Shown: one piece after another, positions 1 to 9,523 of the stretch
Layout of the letters: the number at the start of each line of letters is the position of its first letter
Numbering within the stretch: the first letter of the stretch is position 1
Source: Ignavibacteriota bacterium
Lineage (GTDB): Bacteria; Bacteroidota; Ignavibacteria; UBA10030; UBA6906
NCBI GenBank assembly: GCA_963801355.1
Contig: CAWDEM010000004.1
Coordinates: 672,001 to 736,000 of the forward strand
Reading direction: 5' to 3'
DNA length: 64,000 nt
Position numbers and translations under genes: made by a program
The notes under the pieces: generated by a model
Told to the model about the DNA's origin: nothing
The model's database searches: none
What the model saw: only the letters and a program-made list of their open reading frames with translations

Positions 1-1
1 A

Positions 2-868
2 CAAGCCCGGTCTGCGACATTCCCGACCAATGTGCCCGATCTCTGTGCTCGCTGCCACCGTGAAGGGCAAAAAGCTGCGGTGCGCTACACCGGAGACCAG
101 AAACAGATTGTCGAACGGTATCGTGAAAGCACTCACGGCAAGGGAATTGCCAAGGGTGGATTGACTGTCACAGCGATGTGCACAAGCTGTCACACCGCTC
201 ACTCCGTCCTTCCGAGGAGCGACTCGCTCTCGAGCATTCATCCCGCCAACGTCCCCTCGACATGTGGCAAATGCCACCATGGTGTGGAAGAGCAGTTTGC
301 CTCAAGCGTCCACGTGACCCAGCGCGGCAAAACGGACAAGACACTTCCGGTATGCGACGACTGCCACAGCGCCCATACCATTCGACGGGCGGATGAAGAG
401 GGATTCAAGCTCACCATCATGAATCAGTGCGGTCGCTGCCATGAGTCTATCGCCAGGACGTATTTTGAAACCTACCATGGCAAAGTCTCCCAACTCGGAT
501 ACACCAAGACAGCAAAGTGCTATGATTGCCATGGGGCACATGACATACGGGCGATTGGTGACCCGCGGTCTCGTCTCAGCCGCGACAATGTCGTAGCTAC
601 CTGTCAACAATGCCACAGTGGCGCGAACAGACGGTTCGCGGGCTATCTGACACACGCGACGCATCATGACCCCGAGAAATATCCCTGGTTATTCTGGACA
701 TTCTGGGGGATGACCGGACTCCTCATTGGGACGTTTGTTGTCAGCGGTGTTCACACATTGCTGTGGCTGCCGCGGGCGTTGAGCTGGAAGCGCCAGCGCG
801 CGAAGGCGGCGCTCGAGGAACAAGCGAAGGCAACATCTGCAGAAGGCGAGACAACCGATGGCGCTTGA
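2..868 (+). CDS. Multiheme cytochrome c with C-terminal TM anchor (CbcL c-domain-like), 5'-truncated by window edge
   Basis: Frame open from base 2; 7 CxxCH (CARCH, CTSCH, CGKCH, CDDCH, CGRCH, CYDCH, CQQCH); C-terminal hydrophobic helix with His (VSGVHTLLW); overlaps the following cytochrome b gene. Confidence 0.9.
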   Translation, partial: QARSATFPTNVPDLCARCHREGQKAAVRYTGDQKQIVERYRESTHGKGIAKGGLTVTAMCTSCHTAHSVLPRSDSLSSIHPANVPSTCGKCHHGVEEQFASSVHVTQRGKTDKTLPVCDDCHSAHTIRRADEEGFKLTIMNQCGRCHESIARTYFETYHGKVSQLGYTKTAKCYDCHGAHDIRAIGDPRSRLSRDNVVATCQQCHSGANRRFAGYLTHATHHDPEKYPWLFWTFWGMTGLLIGTFVVSGVHTLLWLPRALSWKRQRAKAALEEQAKATSAEGETTDGA

Positions 869-1712
869 CAGCACAGAGCAGAGAAACGAACGTCAGTTCC
901 TGCGGTTTTCGCGATTGAACAGGATCCTGCACGCTCTGATGATCGTGTGCTTCCTCAGCCTGGCACTCACAGGGATGACGCTGAAGTTTTCGTACACTGC
1001 CTGGGCGTCAATTCTGTCCCGGTTGTTCGGAGGATATGAAATCGCCGGCTATGTGCACCGCTTTGCCGCCACGGTCATGATCGGCGTCTTTGTCACGCAC
1101 TTGATTGACCTCTTTCATCGGGCAAAGAGGGAACGTGGCGGCTGGAAGGGTCTGCTCTTCGGGCCGGATACGATGTTGCCAACGCGCCGGGACCTTGATG
1201 AATCGTTCAAATCGCTCAAATGGTTCCTCGGCCTGGGAGAACGGCCGCAATTCGGCAGGTGGACCTATTGGGAAAAATTTGATTATTTTGCCGTATTCTG
1301 GGGAATGGTCGTGATCGGGTCCACGGGTCTGACCCTCTGGTTCCCCGAGGTCTTTACTGTGATTTTTCCTGGCTGGCTCATCAACGTCGCGACAATTATT
1401 CATAGCGATGAAGCATTACTGGCGACGGGATTCATTTTTACGGTCCATTTCTTTAATACCCACCTCCGCCCCGAGAAGTTTCCGATGGACCTTGTGATTT
1501 TCACGGGTCGGATGGCCGTTGAGGAGCTCAAGGAGGATAAACCGGCAGAGTACGATCGGCTCGTCAACGATGGAACGTTGGAGCAGCATCTCGTCGAATC
1601 ATATCAGCCCATCGTGATTCGCTCTATCCGTGTCTTCGCGTGGCTTGCGTTGGGCATCGGGTTCAGCATGGTCGTGTGGATCATTTACGCGATGCTGTTC
1701 GCGTACCAATGA
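858..1712 (+). CDS. Di-heme cytochrome b membrane subunit (FdnI/HydC-type; CbcL b-domain-like)
   Basis: [50 protein letters not shown] motifs; several TM helices with conserved His. Confidence 0.88.
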   Translation: MALDSTEQRNERQFLRFSRLNRILHALMIVCFLSLALTGMTLKFSYTAWASILSRLFGGYEIAGYVHRFAATVMIGVFVTHLIDLFHRAKRERGGWKGLLFGPDTMLPTRRDLDESFKSLKWFLGLGERPQFGRWTYWEKFDYFAVFWGMVVIGSTGLTLWFPEVFTVIFPGWLINVATIIHSDEALLATGFIFTVHFFNTHLRPEKFPMDLVIFTGRMAVEELKEDKPAEYDRLVNDGTLEQHLVESYQPIVIRSIRVFAWLALGIGFSMVVWIIYAMLFAYQ

Positions 1713-1755
1713 TCCGGCCAGCACTGTTGTTTCACCACCGCTGTCAGGCAGTATC

Positions 1756-3249
1756 ATGAAAAGGATCTTCCCTGCATCGTTCTACAATCTTGTATCGCTC
1801 ATTGGTTTTGCGATTGCCGGTGTCAGCCTCGGACTCATCTTCTTCCTCATGCTGCTCGAGGTCATGTCGGGGACCCCGAAACCCTACATGGGAATCCTTG
1901 CCTTCGTGGTGCTGCCGGCGATTCTTCTCCTCGGCCTCATTATTGCCATTGTCGGGATATTCCGTGCACATCGGGATGCCCGCAAGGGACACCCGCACGG
2001 GATGCACCTGCCCCGCATCGACCTGAACAATCCACATCACAGATCGGCTTTCGTTGCCGTGTCGTTCGGGGCCATACTTCTGCTGCTCCTGTCGGCATTC
2101 GGCAGCTTCAAGGCGTACGAACATACGGATTCGGATCAATTCTGCGGGGAAACATGTCACCAGGTCATGGAACCGGAGTATACCGCATACCAGTATTCCC
2201 CGCATGCCCGAGTCGGCTGCGTAAAATGTCATATCGGCTCGGGTGCTGACTGGTTTGTCCGATCGAAACTCTCCGGGACATACCAGCTGTACGCTACAAC
2301 ATTCAACAAGTATCCCCGCCCGATTCCGACGCCCATCGAAAACCTGCGTCCGGCTCAGGAAACTTGTGAACAGTGTCACTGGCCGAAACACTTCTTCAGC
2401 GAGAAGCTGATGAAGAATACCTACTTTCTTTCAGATGACCAGAATACGACATGGTCGATTGATCTTCTGATCAAGATCGGCGGCGGGAATTCAGAGGCCG
2501 GGCCGACTTCGGGCATCCACTGGCACATGAATATCGCAAATGAGCTGACCTATCTCCCGGCGGATTCGTCCCGTCAGACAATTCCCTGGATCCGTTCACG
2601 GGGTCCGGATGGGAAGGTGGTAATCTATAAGAGCACTGAGAGCACGCTCACTGATGAGGAGATGCGGAACGCCAAAACCCGACGAATGGATTGTATCGAC
2701 TGTCACAATCGTCCCACCCATATCTACCATCCGCCGGCCCGGTCTGTGAATCGTGTGATGGCGATGGGGTGGATTGACCCGACCCTTCCTGGAGTGAAGG
2801 GGCTCGCGGTGAACGCGCTTGAAAATCCCTACGCGTTAAGGCAGGGGGCGCTGGACAGCATCAAACTGACCATTGAGGATTACTATCGCACCACGTATCC
2901 AGACCTGGCTGTCGCCAAGAAGAAACAAATCGACAGTGCAGTCGCCGAGGTCCAGAAGATTTACAGCCGCAATTATTTTCCTGAGATGCGTGTAAATTGG
3001 AAATTCTTCCCGAACAATATCGGACATTTGTACTACCCTGGCTGTTTCCGCTGTCACGATGGGAAGCATGTGTCGGAGGACGGGAAAGTGCTGTCGCGAG
3101 ACTGCAACGTCTGTCACACGATTCTTGCCCAGCAGTTCCAGCAGGATACCGCGCGGGTCTCGCTGACCGGCATCGAGTATCGGCATCCGACGGACATCGG
3201 AGACGCATGGAAAGAGACAAATTGCAGCGATTGTCATAATCAGCAATGA
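1756..3249 (+). CDS. ImcH-like NapC/NirT-family heptaheme inner-membrane quinol dehydrogenase
   Basis: ATG at 1756; three N-terminal TM helices (PYMGILAFVVLP); FCGETCHQVMEPEY...SPHARVGCVKCHIG...LRPAQETCEQCHWP; 7 heme motifs incl. one CX3CH. Confidence 0.88.
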   Translation: MKRIFPASFYNLVSLIGFAIAGVSLGLIFFLMLLEVMSGTPKPYMGILAFVVLPAILLLGLIIAIVGIFRAHRDARKGHPHGMHLPRIDLNNPHHRSAFVAVSFGAILLLLLSAFGSFKAYEHTDSDQFCGETCHQVMEPEYTAYQYSPHARVGCVKCHIGSGADWFVRSKLSGTYQLYATTFNKYPRPIPTPIENLRPAQETCEQCHWPKHFFSEKLMKNTYFLSDDQNTTWSIDLLIKIGGGNSEAGPTSGIHWHMNIANELTYLPADSSRQTIPWIRSRGPDGKVVIYKSTESTLTDEEMRNAKTRRMDCIDCHNRPTHIYHPPARSVNRVMAMGWIDPTLPGVKGLAVNALENPYALRQGALDSIKLTIEDYYRTTYPDLAVAKKKQIDSAVAEVQKIYSRNYFPEMRVNWKFFPNNIGHLYYPGCFRCHDGKHVSEDGKVLSRDCNVCHTILAQQFQQDTARVSLTGIEYRHPTDIGDAWKETNCSDCHNQQ

Positions 3250-3302
3250 ACAGTCGCACACGATCTGGCGATCCACTCCATGAACCTCCCCAGAGAACTG
3301 TC

Positions 3303-3752
3303 ATGAACGAGATCGATACGAATCATCAAGGGAAAAGGGATTTTCTTAAATACCTGCTCGGGGGGGGGCTGGTTGCCTGGACCGTTTCGGTGCTGTATCC
3401 TCTGTTTGCGTACATGCGGCCACCCGTGCAGGCGGAAGTGGAAGTCAGCAGTGTCAATGCAGGAAAGCTGAGCACATTTGAGAAAGACAGCGGGGCCATC
3501 ATCCGCTTCGGCAACAAACCGGTGATTTTGATCCGGTCGTCTGCCGGAGAACTCCGCGCCTTTTCTGCGACCTGCACCCATCTCGATTGCACGGTGCAAT
3601 ACCGGAAGGACTTGGGGGTGATATGGTGTGCATGCCACAATGGGAAATATGACTTGAACGGTTCCAATATTGCGGGTCCGCCGCCCCGGCCGCTGGATGA
3701 GTACAGAGTAGTCGTTCGGGGGGATGATATCCTCATCTCAAAGAAAACATGA
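3303..3752 (+). CDS. qcrA: Rieske [2Fe-2S] subunit of Rieske/cytochrome b complex
   Basis: Tat-like KRDFL + TM; CTHLDC and CACHNGKY boxes; GPPPRPL; alternative start 3246. Confidence 0.92.
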   Translation: MNEIDTNHQGKRDFLKYLLGGGLVAWTVSVLYPLFAYMRPPVQAEVEVSSVNAGKLSTFEKDSGAIIRFGNKPVILIRSSAGELRAFSATCTHLDCTVQYRKDLGVIWCACHNGKYDLNGSNIAGPPPRPLDEYRVVVRGDDILISKKT

Positions 3753-4828
3753 AGACGATCTGGAACAGACTCTACACATGGATAGATGAACGGGTACAGC
3801 TCGACGACCTGATAGCGTTTATGGCGAAGAAGTACGTGCCCGTTCATCGCGGCTCGATCTGGTACTATTTCGGAGGCGTGTCGCTCTTTCTGTTCATTAT
3901 TCAGGTCGTGACAGGCATCCTTCTTCTCCTGTACTATAAAGGAAGCGAATCGCTGGCGTTCGAAAGCATTCAGTTTATCATGTCAAAGGTGAGCTTTGGC
4001 TGGCTGATCCGATCCATCCATAGCTGGACGGCGAACCTGTTTATTCTTGCGGCGCTCATCCACATGTTCAGTGTCTTCTTTGAGCGGGCGTACCGGCGCC
4101 CCCGTGAGCTTACGTGGTTTACCGGCATGGTGATGCTTTTTGTCGGGCTCGGGTTTGGCTTCAGTGGCTATCTGCTTCCCTGGAATGAGCTGGCTTTTTT
4201 TGCGACGAAAGTGGGAACCGATATCGCCGGTGTGATCCCCGTCGTCGGCAAACCGATAATGATCTTCCTCCGGGGCGGACCCGACGTCACAGGCGCGACG
4301 CTCTCACGATTCTTCGGTTTTCATATTGCGGTGCTGCCGGGAATTTTCACCGTATGCCTGGCCGTTCACCTCCTGCTGGTCCAACGTCAGGGCATGAGTC
4401 AGCCGCAGGAGTTCGAATCGAAGCCTGACGAAAACCCGAAGACCATGCCGTTCTTCCCAAACTTCCTCCTTCGCGACCTCCTGTTTTGGCTGATCATTCT
4501 CAATATCCTGGCTATGCTGGCGGTGTTCTTCCCGTGGGAGCTCGGAAGGAAGGCAGATCCGTTCGCGTCTGCTCCCGCCGGCATAAGGCCGGAATGGTAT
4601 TTTCTCTTCATGTTCCAGTCGCTGAAGTATATCCCTGCACGACTCTGGTTTATTGACGGTGAGGTGTTTGGAGTTCTCGCATTCGGAGCAGCGGGTCTGC
4701 TCTGGCTCCTGGTACCGGTCTGGGACCGCAAGAGCTCCCGGGGGGAACGAAACCGGCTGATCACCTACGTAGGGTTGTTTGTGGTGATCTACATTGTTAT
4801 CTTTACACTACTGGGGTGGTTCCTGTGA
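3749..4828 (+). CDS. qcrB: Cytochrome b of Rieske/cyt b complex (b6 + subunit IV-like, fused)
   Basis: [35 protein letters not shown] Qo motif; four heme His; ATGA overlap with Rieske gene. Confidence 0.95.
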   Translation: MKTIWNRLYTWIDERVQLDDLIAFMAKKYVPVHRGSIWYYFGGVSLFLFIIQVVTGILLLLYYKGSESLAFESIQFIMSKVSFGWLIRSIHSWTANLFILAALIHMFSVFFERAYRRPRELTWFTGMVMLFVGLGFGFSGYLLPWNELAFFATKVGTDIAGVIPVVGKPIMIFLRGGPDVTGATLSRFFGFHIAVLPGIFTVCLAVHLLLVQRQGMSQPQEFESKPDENPKTMPFFPNFLLRDLLFWLIILNILAMLAVFFPWELGRKADPFASAPAGIRPEWYFLFMFQSLKYIPARLWFIDGEVFGVLAFGAAGLLWLLVPVWDRKSSRGERNRLITYVGLFVVIYIVIFTLLGWFL

Positions 4829-4839
4829 GTACGAACCTC

Positions 4840-6327
4840 ATGCGACCCGTCGTGTGCGCGGCGGTGGTCTGCGTCGGTCTTTGTGTGACCACAGCTCTGG
4901 CTGCAGACAAATGTCTGCTCTGTCATGGCGCTGTGGGGGACAAGCCGTCGTCGCTCTATAAGCGAGATATTCATCATCTGAAAAGCATCAGTTGTGCAGG
5001 ATGCCATGGAGGCGACTCCTCCACAGATGATATGGAGAAGGCGATGGATCGCGGGGCAGGATTCATCGGTGTTCCCCAGGGTGATGATATTTCGGCGGTG
5101 TGTGCCCGGTGCCACTCCGAGGCGGCACGGATGGAAGGGTTTCGCTCTAAGCTTCCCACCGACCAGTATGTTCTTTTACAGTCAAGTGTGCACGGCAAGT
5201 TGTCGATCAGCGGGAAAGCACGCATCGTCCAATGCACGACGTGCCACAATGCACACGGCATTGCACGAGTCACTGATCCCGCCTCACCGGTCTATCCGCT
5301 CAACGCAGTAACTACATGTTCCCGTTGTCATGGCGACGCGGGATTTATGCGGGCGTACAACCCATCGTTGCCGGTCGACCAGAGGGAAAAATATCGCACG
5401 AGCGTCCACGGGGCCAAGAATGCCGCCGGTGATGCCAAGACTGCGGAATGTGTGAGTTGCCATGGGAGTCACGATATCCTTTCGGTCAAGGATGTCAAGT
5501 CGAAAGTGTATCCGACGAATATTCCTGCGACCTGCGCCTCGTGCCACAGCAACGCGAGCTATATGAAAGGGTATGCCGTCCCGACCGACCAATTCGAGAA
5601 GTATGCGAAGGGCGTACACGGCGTGGCGCTGCTCGAAAAGCGCGATCTCGGCGCACCCGCGTGCAACAGCTGCCACGGAAATCACGGGGCTACTCCTCCG
5701 GGAGTGGAATCGATCTCGAAGGTGTGCGGCACATGTCACGCGCTGAACGCCGACCTGTTCTCGTCGAGCCCTCACAAGAAGGGTTTCGACGAAATGGGAA
5801 TGCCGGAGTGCGAAACATGCCATGGGAACCATGAGGTTGTAGCCGCAGGGGATGTTCTGCTGGGAACTTCTCCAGGGACTACGTGCAGCCGCTGCCACAG
5901 CCGGCAGGAGCGGGAGAAAGGCTATATCGCAGCGGGTAACATGCGGATCGTGATGGATAGTCTGGAGCGTGCCGAAGACCGGGCACGGAGCCTTGTGGAT
6001 GAAGCGGAGCAAAAAGGCATGGAGATCGGCGAGGCGAAATTCAAGCTTCGTGACATCCGGCAGGCGCGGTTGGAAACACGAACGATGGTCCATGCCTTCA
6101 ATGAAGAAAAATTCCGGGAGACGGCGGTGAAGGGGTTTGCCGTGGCCACGGTCGTCATCGGCGACGCAGAACATGCCGTCGACGAATACTTTTTCCGGCG
6201 CATCGGACTCGGAGCAGCAACGCTGATCATTACCATCCTTGCTGTTTCCCTCTACCTGTATATTCGAAGGATTGAGCGAAGCCAGCGACACGCTGAAGCA
6301 ACACGTCAACAACCACGATCACATTAA
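4840..6327 (+). CDS. 11-heme periplasmic cytochrome c with C-terminal membrane anchor
   Basis: Signal peptide; 11 CxxCH in repeated SVHG-CxxCH-H modules; helical stalk then TM (GLGAATLIITILAVSLYLYI); start could be 4816-4840. Confidence 0.9.
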   Translation: MRPVVCAAVVCVGLCVTTALAADKCLLCHGAVGDKPSSLYKRDIHHLKSISCAGCHGGDSSTDDMEKAMDRGAGFIGVPQGDDISAVCARCHSEAARMEGFRSKLPTDQYVLLQSSVHGKLSISGKARIVQCTTCHNAHGIARVTDPASPVYPLNAVTTCSRCHGDAGFMRAYNPSLPVDQREKYRTSVHGAKNAAGDAKTAECVSCHGSHDILSVKDVKSKVYPTNIPATCASCHSNASYMKGYAVPTDQFEKYAKGVHGVALLEKRDLGAPACNSCHGNHGATPPGVESISKVCGTCHALNADLFSSSPHKKGFDEMGMPECETCHGNHEVVAAGDVLLGTSPGTTCSRCHSRQEREKGYIAAGNMRIVMDSLERAEDRARSLVDEAEQKGMEIGEAKFKLRDIRQARLETRTMVHAFNEEKFRETAVKGFAVATVVIGDAEHAVDEYFFRRIGLGAATLIITILAVSLYLYIRRIERSQRHAEATRQQPRSH

Positions 6328-6345
6328 CCTTCAAGGAGAAACAGT

Positions 6346-6882
6346 ATGCGGTATCTACGCATGTTGAGTGGAGTTCTGGTGTTCGCGATCGTCCTCGCGT
6401 TCACGGGCATTGCAGAGAACAAGTACGTTGGGACGAAATCGTGCGCTATGTGCCACAAAGCAAAGGACAAAGGAGAAACCTTTGTGATCTGGCAGAAGAG
6501 CGCCCATGCGAATGCGTTCAAGACGCTTGAATCGGAGGCAGCCAAGAAAATCGCCAAGGAGAAAGGCATTGAGAAACTTCCTACAGAAGCCCCCGAATGC
6601 CTCTCGTGTCATGTGACCGGCGGCGGCACGGCAAAAAATGTCGAAGCCACTTTTAGTGTGAAGGAAGGTGTCACCTGCGAGGCATGCCACGGTCCGGCGT
6701 CCGGGTTCAAGATGATCCACAACAAGCCCGAGAACAAGGCGAAAGCAGTTCAGGCCGGCCTGATCATCGGCGACAAAGCGAAGACGTGCGAAACCTGTCA
6801 CAACGCGAAGAGCCCGACCTTCAAGGGATTCAAGATGGAGGAGATGTGGGCGAAGATCGAGCACAAACTACCGAAGAAATAG
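6346..6882 (+). CDS. Soluble tetraheme cytochrome c (c554-like domain)
   Basis: AGGAG RBS; signal peptide; YVGTKSCAMCH, W..SAHA, CLSCH, GVTCEACHGP, CETCH; Lys-rich. Confidence 0.9.
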   Translation: MRYLRMLSGVLVFAIVLAFTGIAENKYVGTKSCAMCHKAKDKGETFVIWQKSAHANAFKTLESEAAKKIAKEKGIEKLPTEAPECLSCHVTGGGTAKNVEATFSVKEGVTCEACHGPASGFKMIHNKPENKAKAVQAGLIIGDKAKTCETCHNAKSPTFKGFKMEEMWAKIEHKLPKK

Positions 6883-6903
6883 CGGTCCGGGGTTGAAGGG
6901 AAC

Positions 6904-6939
6904 CACAGGGCCGCCACACGGCGGCCCGGGATCCCTGTG
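6904..6939 (+). other. Intercistronic GC-rich hairpin
   Basis: GGGCCGCC-ACAC-GGCGGCCC (6908-6927); alternative CACAGGG/CCCTGTG pairing; no U-tract. Confidence 0.5.
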
Positions 6940-6988
6940 CGGGGAGCACCTCCTCATTGCCATAAGGCGGTCTTGAAAGGGAATTGGT

Positions 6989-8302
6989 ATGAATGGAATA
7001 CGCCTTCTCAGTCTCATCATGCTGGTGGTCTTCAGCGTGGCGATGGCAACCGCCCAACTGGTGACGGGACGCCTGGCGACATCGTTCTATGCCTGGGAAC
7101 AATTCGACACCGTCGGGACATCGCACCAATCGGTGCGTGCGTTCCAGGCCGTCCAGCTGTCGGCCGCCCAGGGTGATGTCGCCCTGCACACATCGCTCCT
7201 GGGGACGACAAATGTCGTGGGCGAGTTCGGTGACGCGGGAAGGGTGCGCCTCTTCAATCTGTATGTGAGCTGGCTGAACATCGGCAAGAGCGTGGACCTG
7301 CATCTCGGCCGCCAGCTGGTGTTCGCGGGAGTCGGCAACGGTTCCATCGACGGGCTCGTGGCGCAGGCCTATTTCCTCAACCGCGGGATCCGCGTGACGG
7401 GCTTCGGCGGGGCAACCGTGTCGCCCGAGTTCGCCGGTGTGAGGAAGAACATGCACGAGAACTACCATGTTGGCGCACAGATTGTCACTACGATGATCCC
7501 CGACGCCCGCATCGGCATCAGCTATGCCAACCGCCGGGAAGAGCGTGATCCCTACATGGCGCTCCGCACGCGCGATACATCCTTTACTCCTGTGTCGTAC
7601 CTGGTCATGCATGACGCCGACGCCGAAGAACTGGGGAGTGCCGACGCTTCCTACACGTTCCGCGACCGGTTGTCGGTGTACGGACGGTACGACTACGATT
7701 TCAAGAATGTGCGGACCTCCCGGGCACAGGGCGGCGTACGCGTCAACGTCACCAGTGACCTTGCCGTCACCGGTGACTATATCCACCGTCTTCCGCGCAT
7801 CTCCTTCAATTCCATCTTCTCGGCATTCGTCACGAATGCGGTGGATGAGATTGAAGGCGGGGTGGACTACGGCTTTACGCCGATGCTTCGCGCCTTCGGC
7901 CGCCTGGCACATGTCTCCTACGCGGAAGATGAACAGAGCACGCGGTGGACCCTCGGTGTGAACAGCGCCTACGGGAGTGCAAGTTATTCCGGCAGTGACG
8001 GCTATGCGGGAGAGCTGCAGTCGGTCAGTCTGCAGGGCACGTATCCGTTCTGGGGAAAGACTGTCGTGCCGATGGCCGGTGTCTCGTACGCATCGTACCG
8101 CTTGAGCAGGGAAAGCGAGCGTGAGAGTGCGTTCGGCGTTCTGGCCGGGGCCATCGTGCGACCCGCCCCTTCATTCTCGCTGGATGTGCAGGGGCAATGG
8201 CTGAACAACACCTTGATGCGGCGCGATCTGCGCGTGCAGGTGAAACTCATGTACTGGTTTGCAGAGCGGCTTTCACTCTTCAACGGGGAGGGCACACGAT
8301 GA
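6989..8302 (+). CDS. Putative outer-membrane beta-barrel of a porin-cytochrome conduit
   Basis: Signal peptide; alternating amphipathic beta pattern rich in Y/G/F; no heme motifs; ATGA-coupled to 14-heme cytochrome. Confidence 0.75.
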   Translation: MNGIRLLSLIMLVVFSVAMATAQLVTGRLATSFYAWEQFDTVGTSHQSVRAFQAVQLSAAQGDVALHTSLLGTTNVVGEFGDAGRVRLFNLYVSWLNIGKSVDLHLGRQLVFAGVGNGSIDGLVAQAYFLNRGIRVTGFGGATVSPEFAGVRKNMHENYHVGAQIVTTMIPDARIGISYANRREERDPYMALRTRDTSFTPVSYLVMHDADAEELGSADASYTFRDRLSVYGRYDYDFKNVRTSRAQGGVRVNVTSDLAVTGDYIHRLPRISFNSIFSAFVTNAVDEIEGGVDYGFTPMLRAFGRLAHVSYAEDEQSTRWTLGVNSAYGSASYSGSDGYAGELQSVSLQGTYPFWGKTVVPMAGVSYASYRLSRESERESAFGVLAGAIVRPAPSFSLDVQGQWLNNTLMRRDLRVQVKLMYWFAERLSLFNGEGTR

Positions 8303-9507
8303 ACCGGCGCTCGTCTATCGTTCTGGTGGTTGCGGCCGGCCTGCTCGTGACGGCGGCCCTCGCGGTTCGCCCGGCGGCACAGATCGGGTGGCCCCGGCTT
8401 GATGACAGCACGCACATGAAATTCTCACACAAAACGCACATCGAAGGCGCGGGTGTCGGTTGCGAGACGTGTCATCCCAACGCATCCACCAGCAAACTCT
8501 CCGCCGACAATCTCCGCAGTGTGCACGACAACTGCATGTCCTGCCATGAGGAACAGATCAACAATCAGTGTGATTTCTGCCACGTTGATCCGGACAACGT
8601 ACAGGCGGCCCCTGGGCAGGTGCGTGAGATCCAGTTCTCGCACGTCCAGCATGTGGGTATGCCCGGCGTGCAATGTACGACATGCCATGCGGGGCTGAAT
8701 GAAGCCGATTTTGCAGGTCCGGAACATATGCCTGCGATGGCTGTCTGCGCGACGTGTCACAATGATAGGAAAGCCAGCAACGCGTGCGAATCCTGTCACA
8801 CACAGCTGACAGGTCTGATACCTCCGGATCACCTTGTGGCGGGGTTCAAGAGGAATCACAAGAACCTGACCCGTCTGAGTGGCATGGAGACCAATTGCAG
8901 TACCTGTCATACACAGAATTTCTGCGGCGAATGCCACACGCCGGGTGCGGTGATGCAGTTCGGGAACGGTCCGCTGATGAGCGATCCCAATCCGCGTGTC
9001 TTTCCCGGAACGTCGGTACCGCAAACGACGCTGCAGCGCGCTCACGATATGAACTATCGCTTCACCCATGGTATCGACGCAAAGTCAAAATCGTCGGAAT
9101 GCTACACCTGCCATGCGGCACAGGAGTTTTGCGGTGAATGCCACGCGGCGGGAGACAATATCACATCGTATTCCTTCAAACCATCGTGGCACCTTGGTGC
9201 CGGTTTCACGACGCTCGGCGTCGGGAGCGGCGGGGGCCGTCATGCCCAACTCGCCCGGCGCGACATCGAGTCCTGCGTGAACTGCCATGATACACAGGGC
9301 AATGACCCGATCTGCATTACCTGTCACGCCGATGGCGATGGTTTCAAAAATACGGATCCCCGGACACATCAGGCGGGGTACATGCGAGGGGAACACGGTG
9401 CATGGCACGTCAATAGCGGCGCCACGTGCTATAATTGTCACACAGACCTCAATGCGCGTCCTGACGGGGTCAAAGGCAGAAACTTCTGCGGCTATTGCCA
9501 CGGCTAA
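8299..9507 (+). CDS. 14-heme periplasmic cytochrome c (c3/c7-like FSH..H repeats)
   Basis: ATG 8299; signal peptide; FSHKTH/FSHVQH motifs; 14 CxxCH. Confidence 0.9.
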   Translation: MNRRSSIVLVVAAGLLVTAALAVRPAAQIGWPRLDDSTHMKFSHKTHIEGAGVGCETCHPNASTSKLSADNLRSVHDNCMSCHEEQINNQCDFCHVDPDNVQAAPGQVREIQFSHVQHVGMPGVQCTTCHAGLNEADFAGPEHMPAMAVCATCHNDRKASNACESCHTQLTGLIPPDHLVAGFKRNHKNLTRLSGMETNCSTCHTQNFCGECHTPGAVMQFGNGPLMSDPNPRVFPGTSVPQTTLQRAHDMNYRFTHGIDAKSKSSECYTCHAAQEFCGECHAAGDNITSYSFKPSWHLGAGFTTLGVGSGGGRHAQLARRDIESCVNCHDTQGNDPICITCHADGDGFKNTDPRTHQAGYMRGEHGAWHVNSGATCYNCHTDLNARPDGVKGRNFCGYCHG

Positions 9508-9523
9508 GGAGGATGGAATATCC

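Noticed and set aside
1630-1755. Longer ORF-track N-terminal extensions (also at 8197, 9287, 11102, 13330, 46118, 60945)
   Set aside because: They overlap upstream genes or precede the signal peptide/RBS; downstream ATGs fit better
3360-3368. G9 homopolymer in the Rieske gene as a phase-variation switch
   Set aside because: Encodes an in-frame Gly-Gly-Gly in the TM helix of an intact gene in a GC-rich genome; no evidence of slippage
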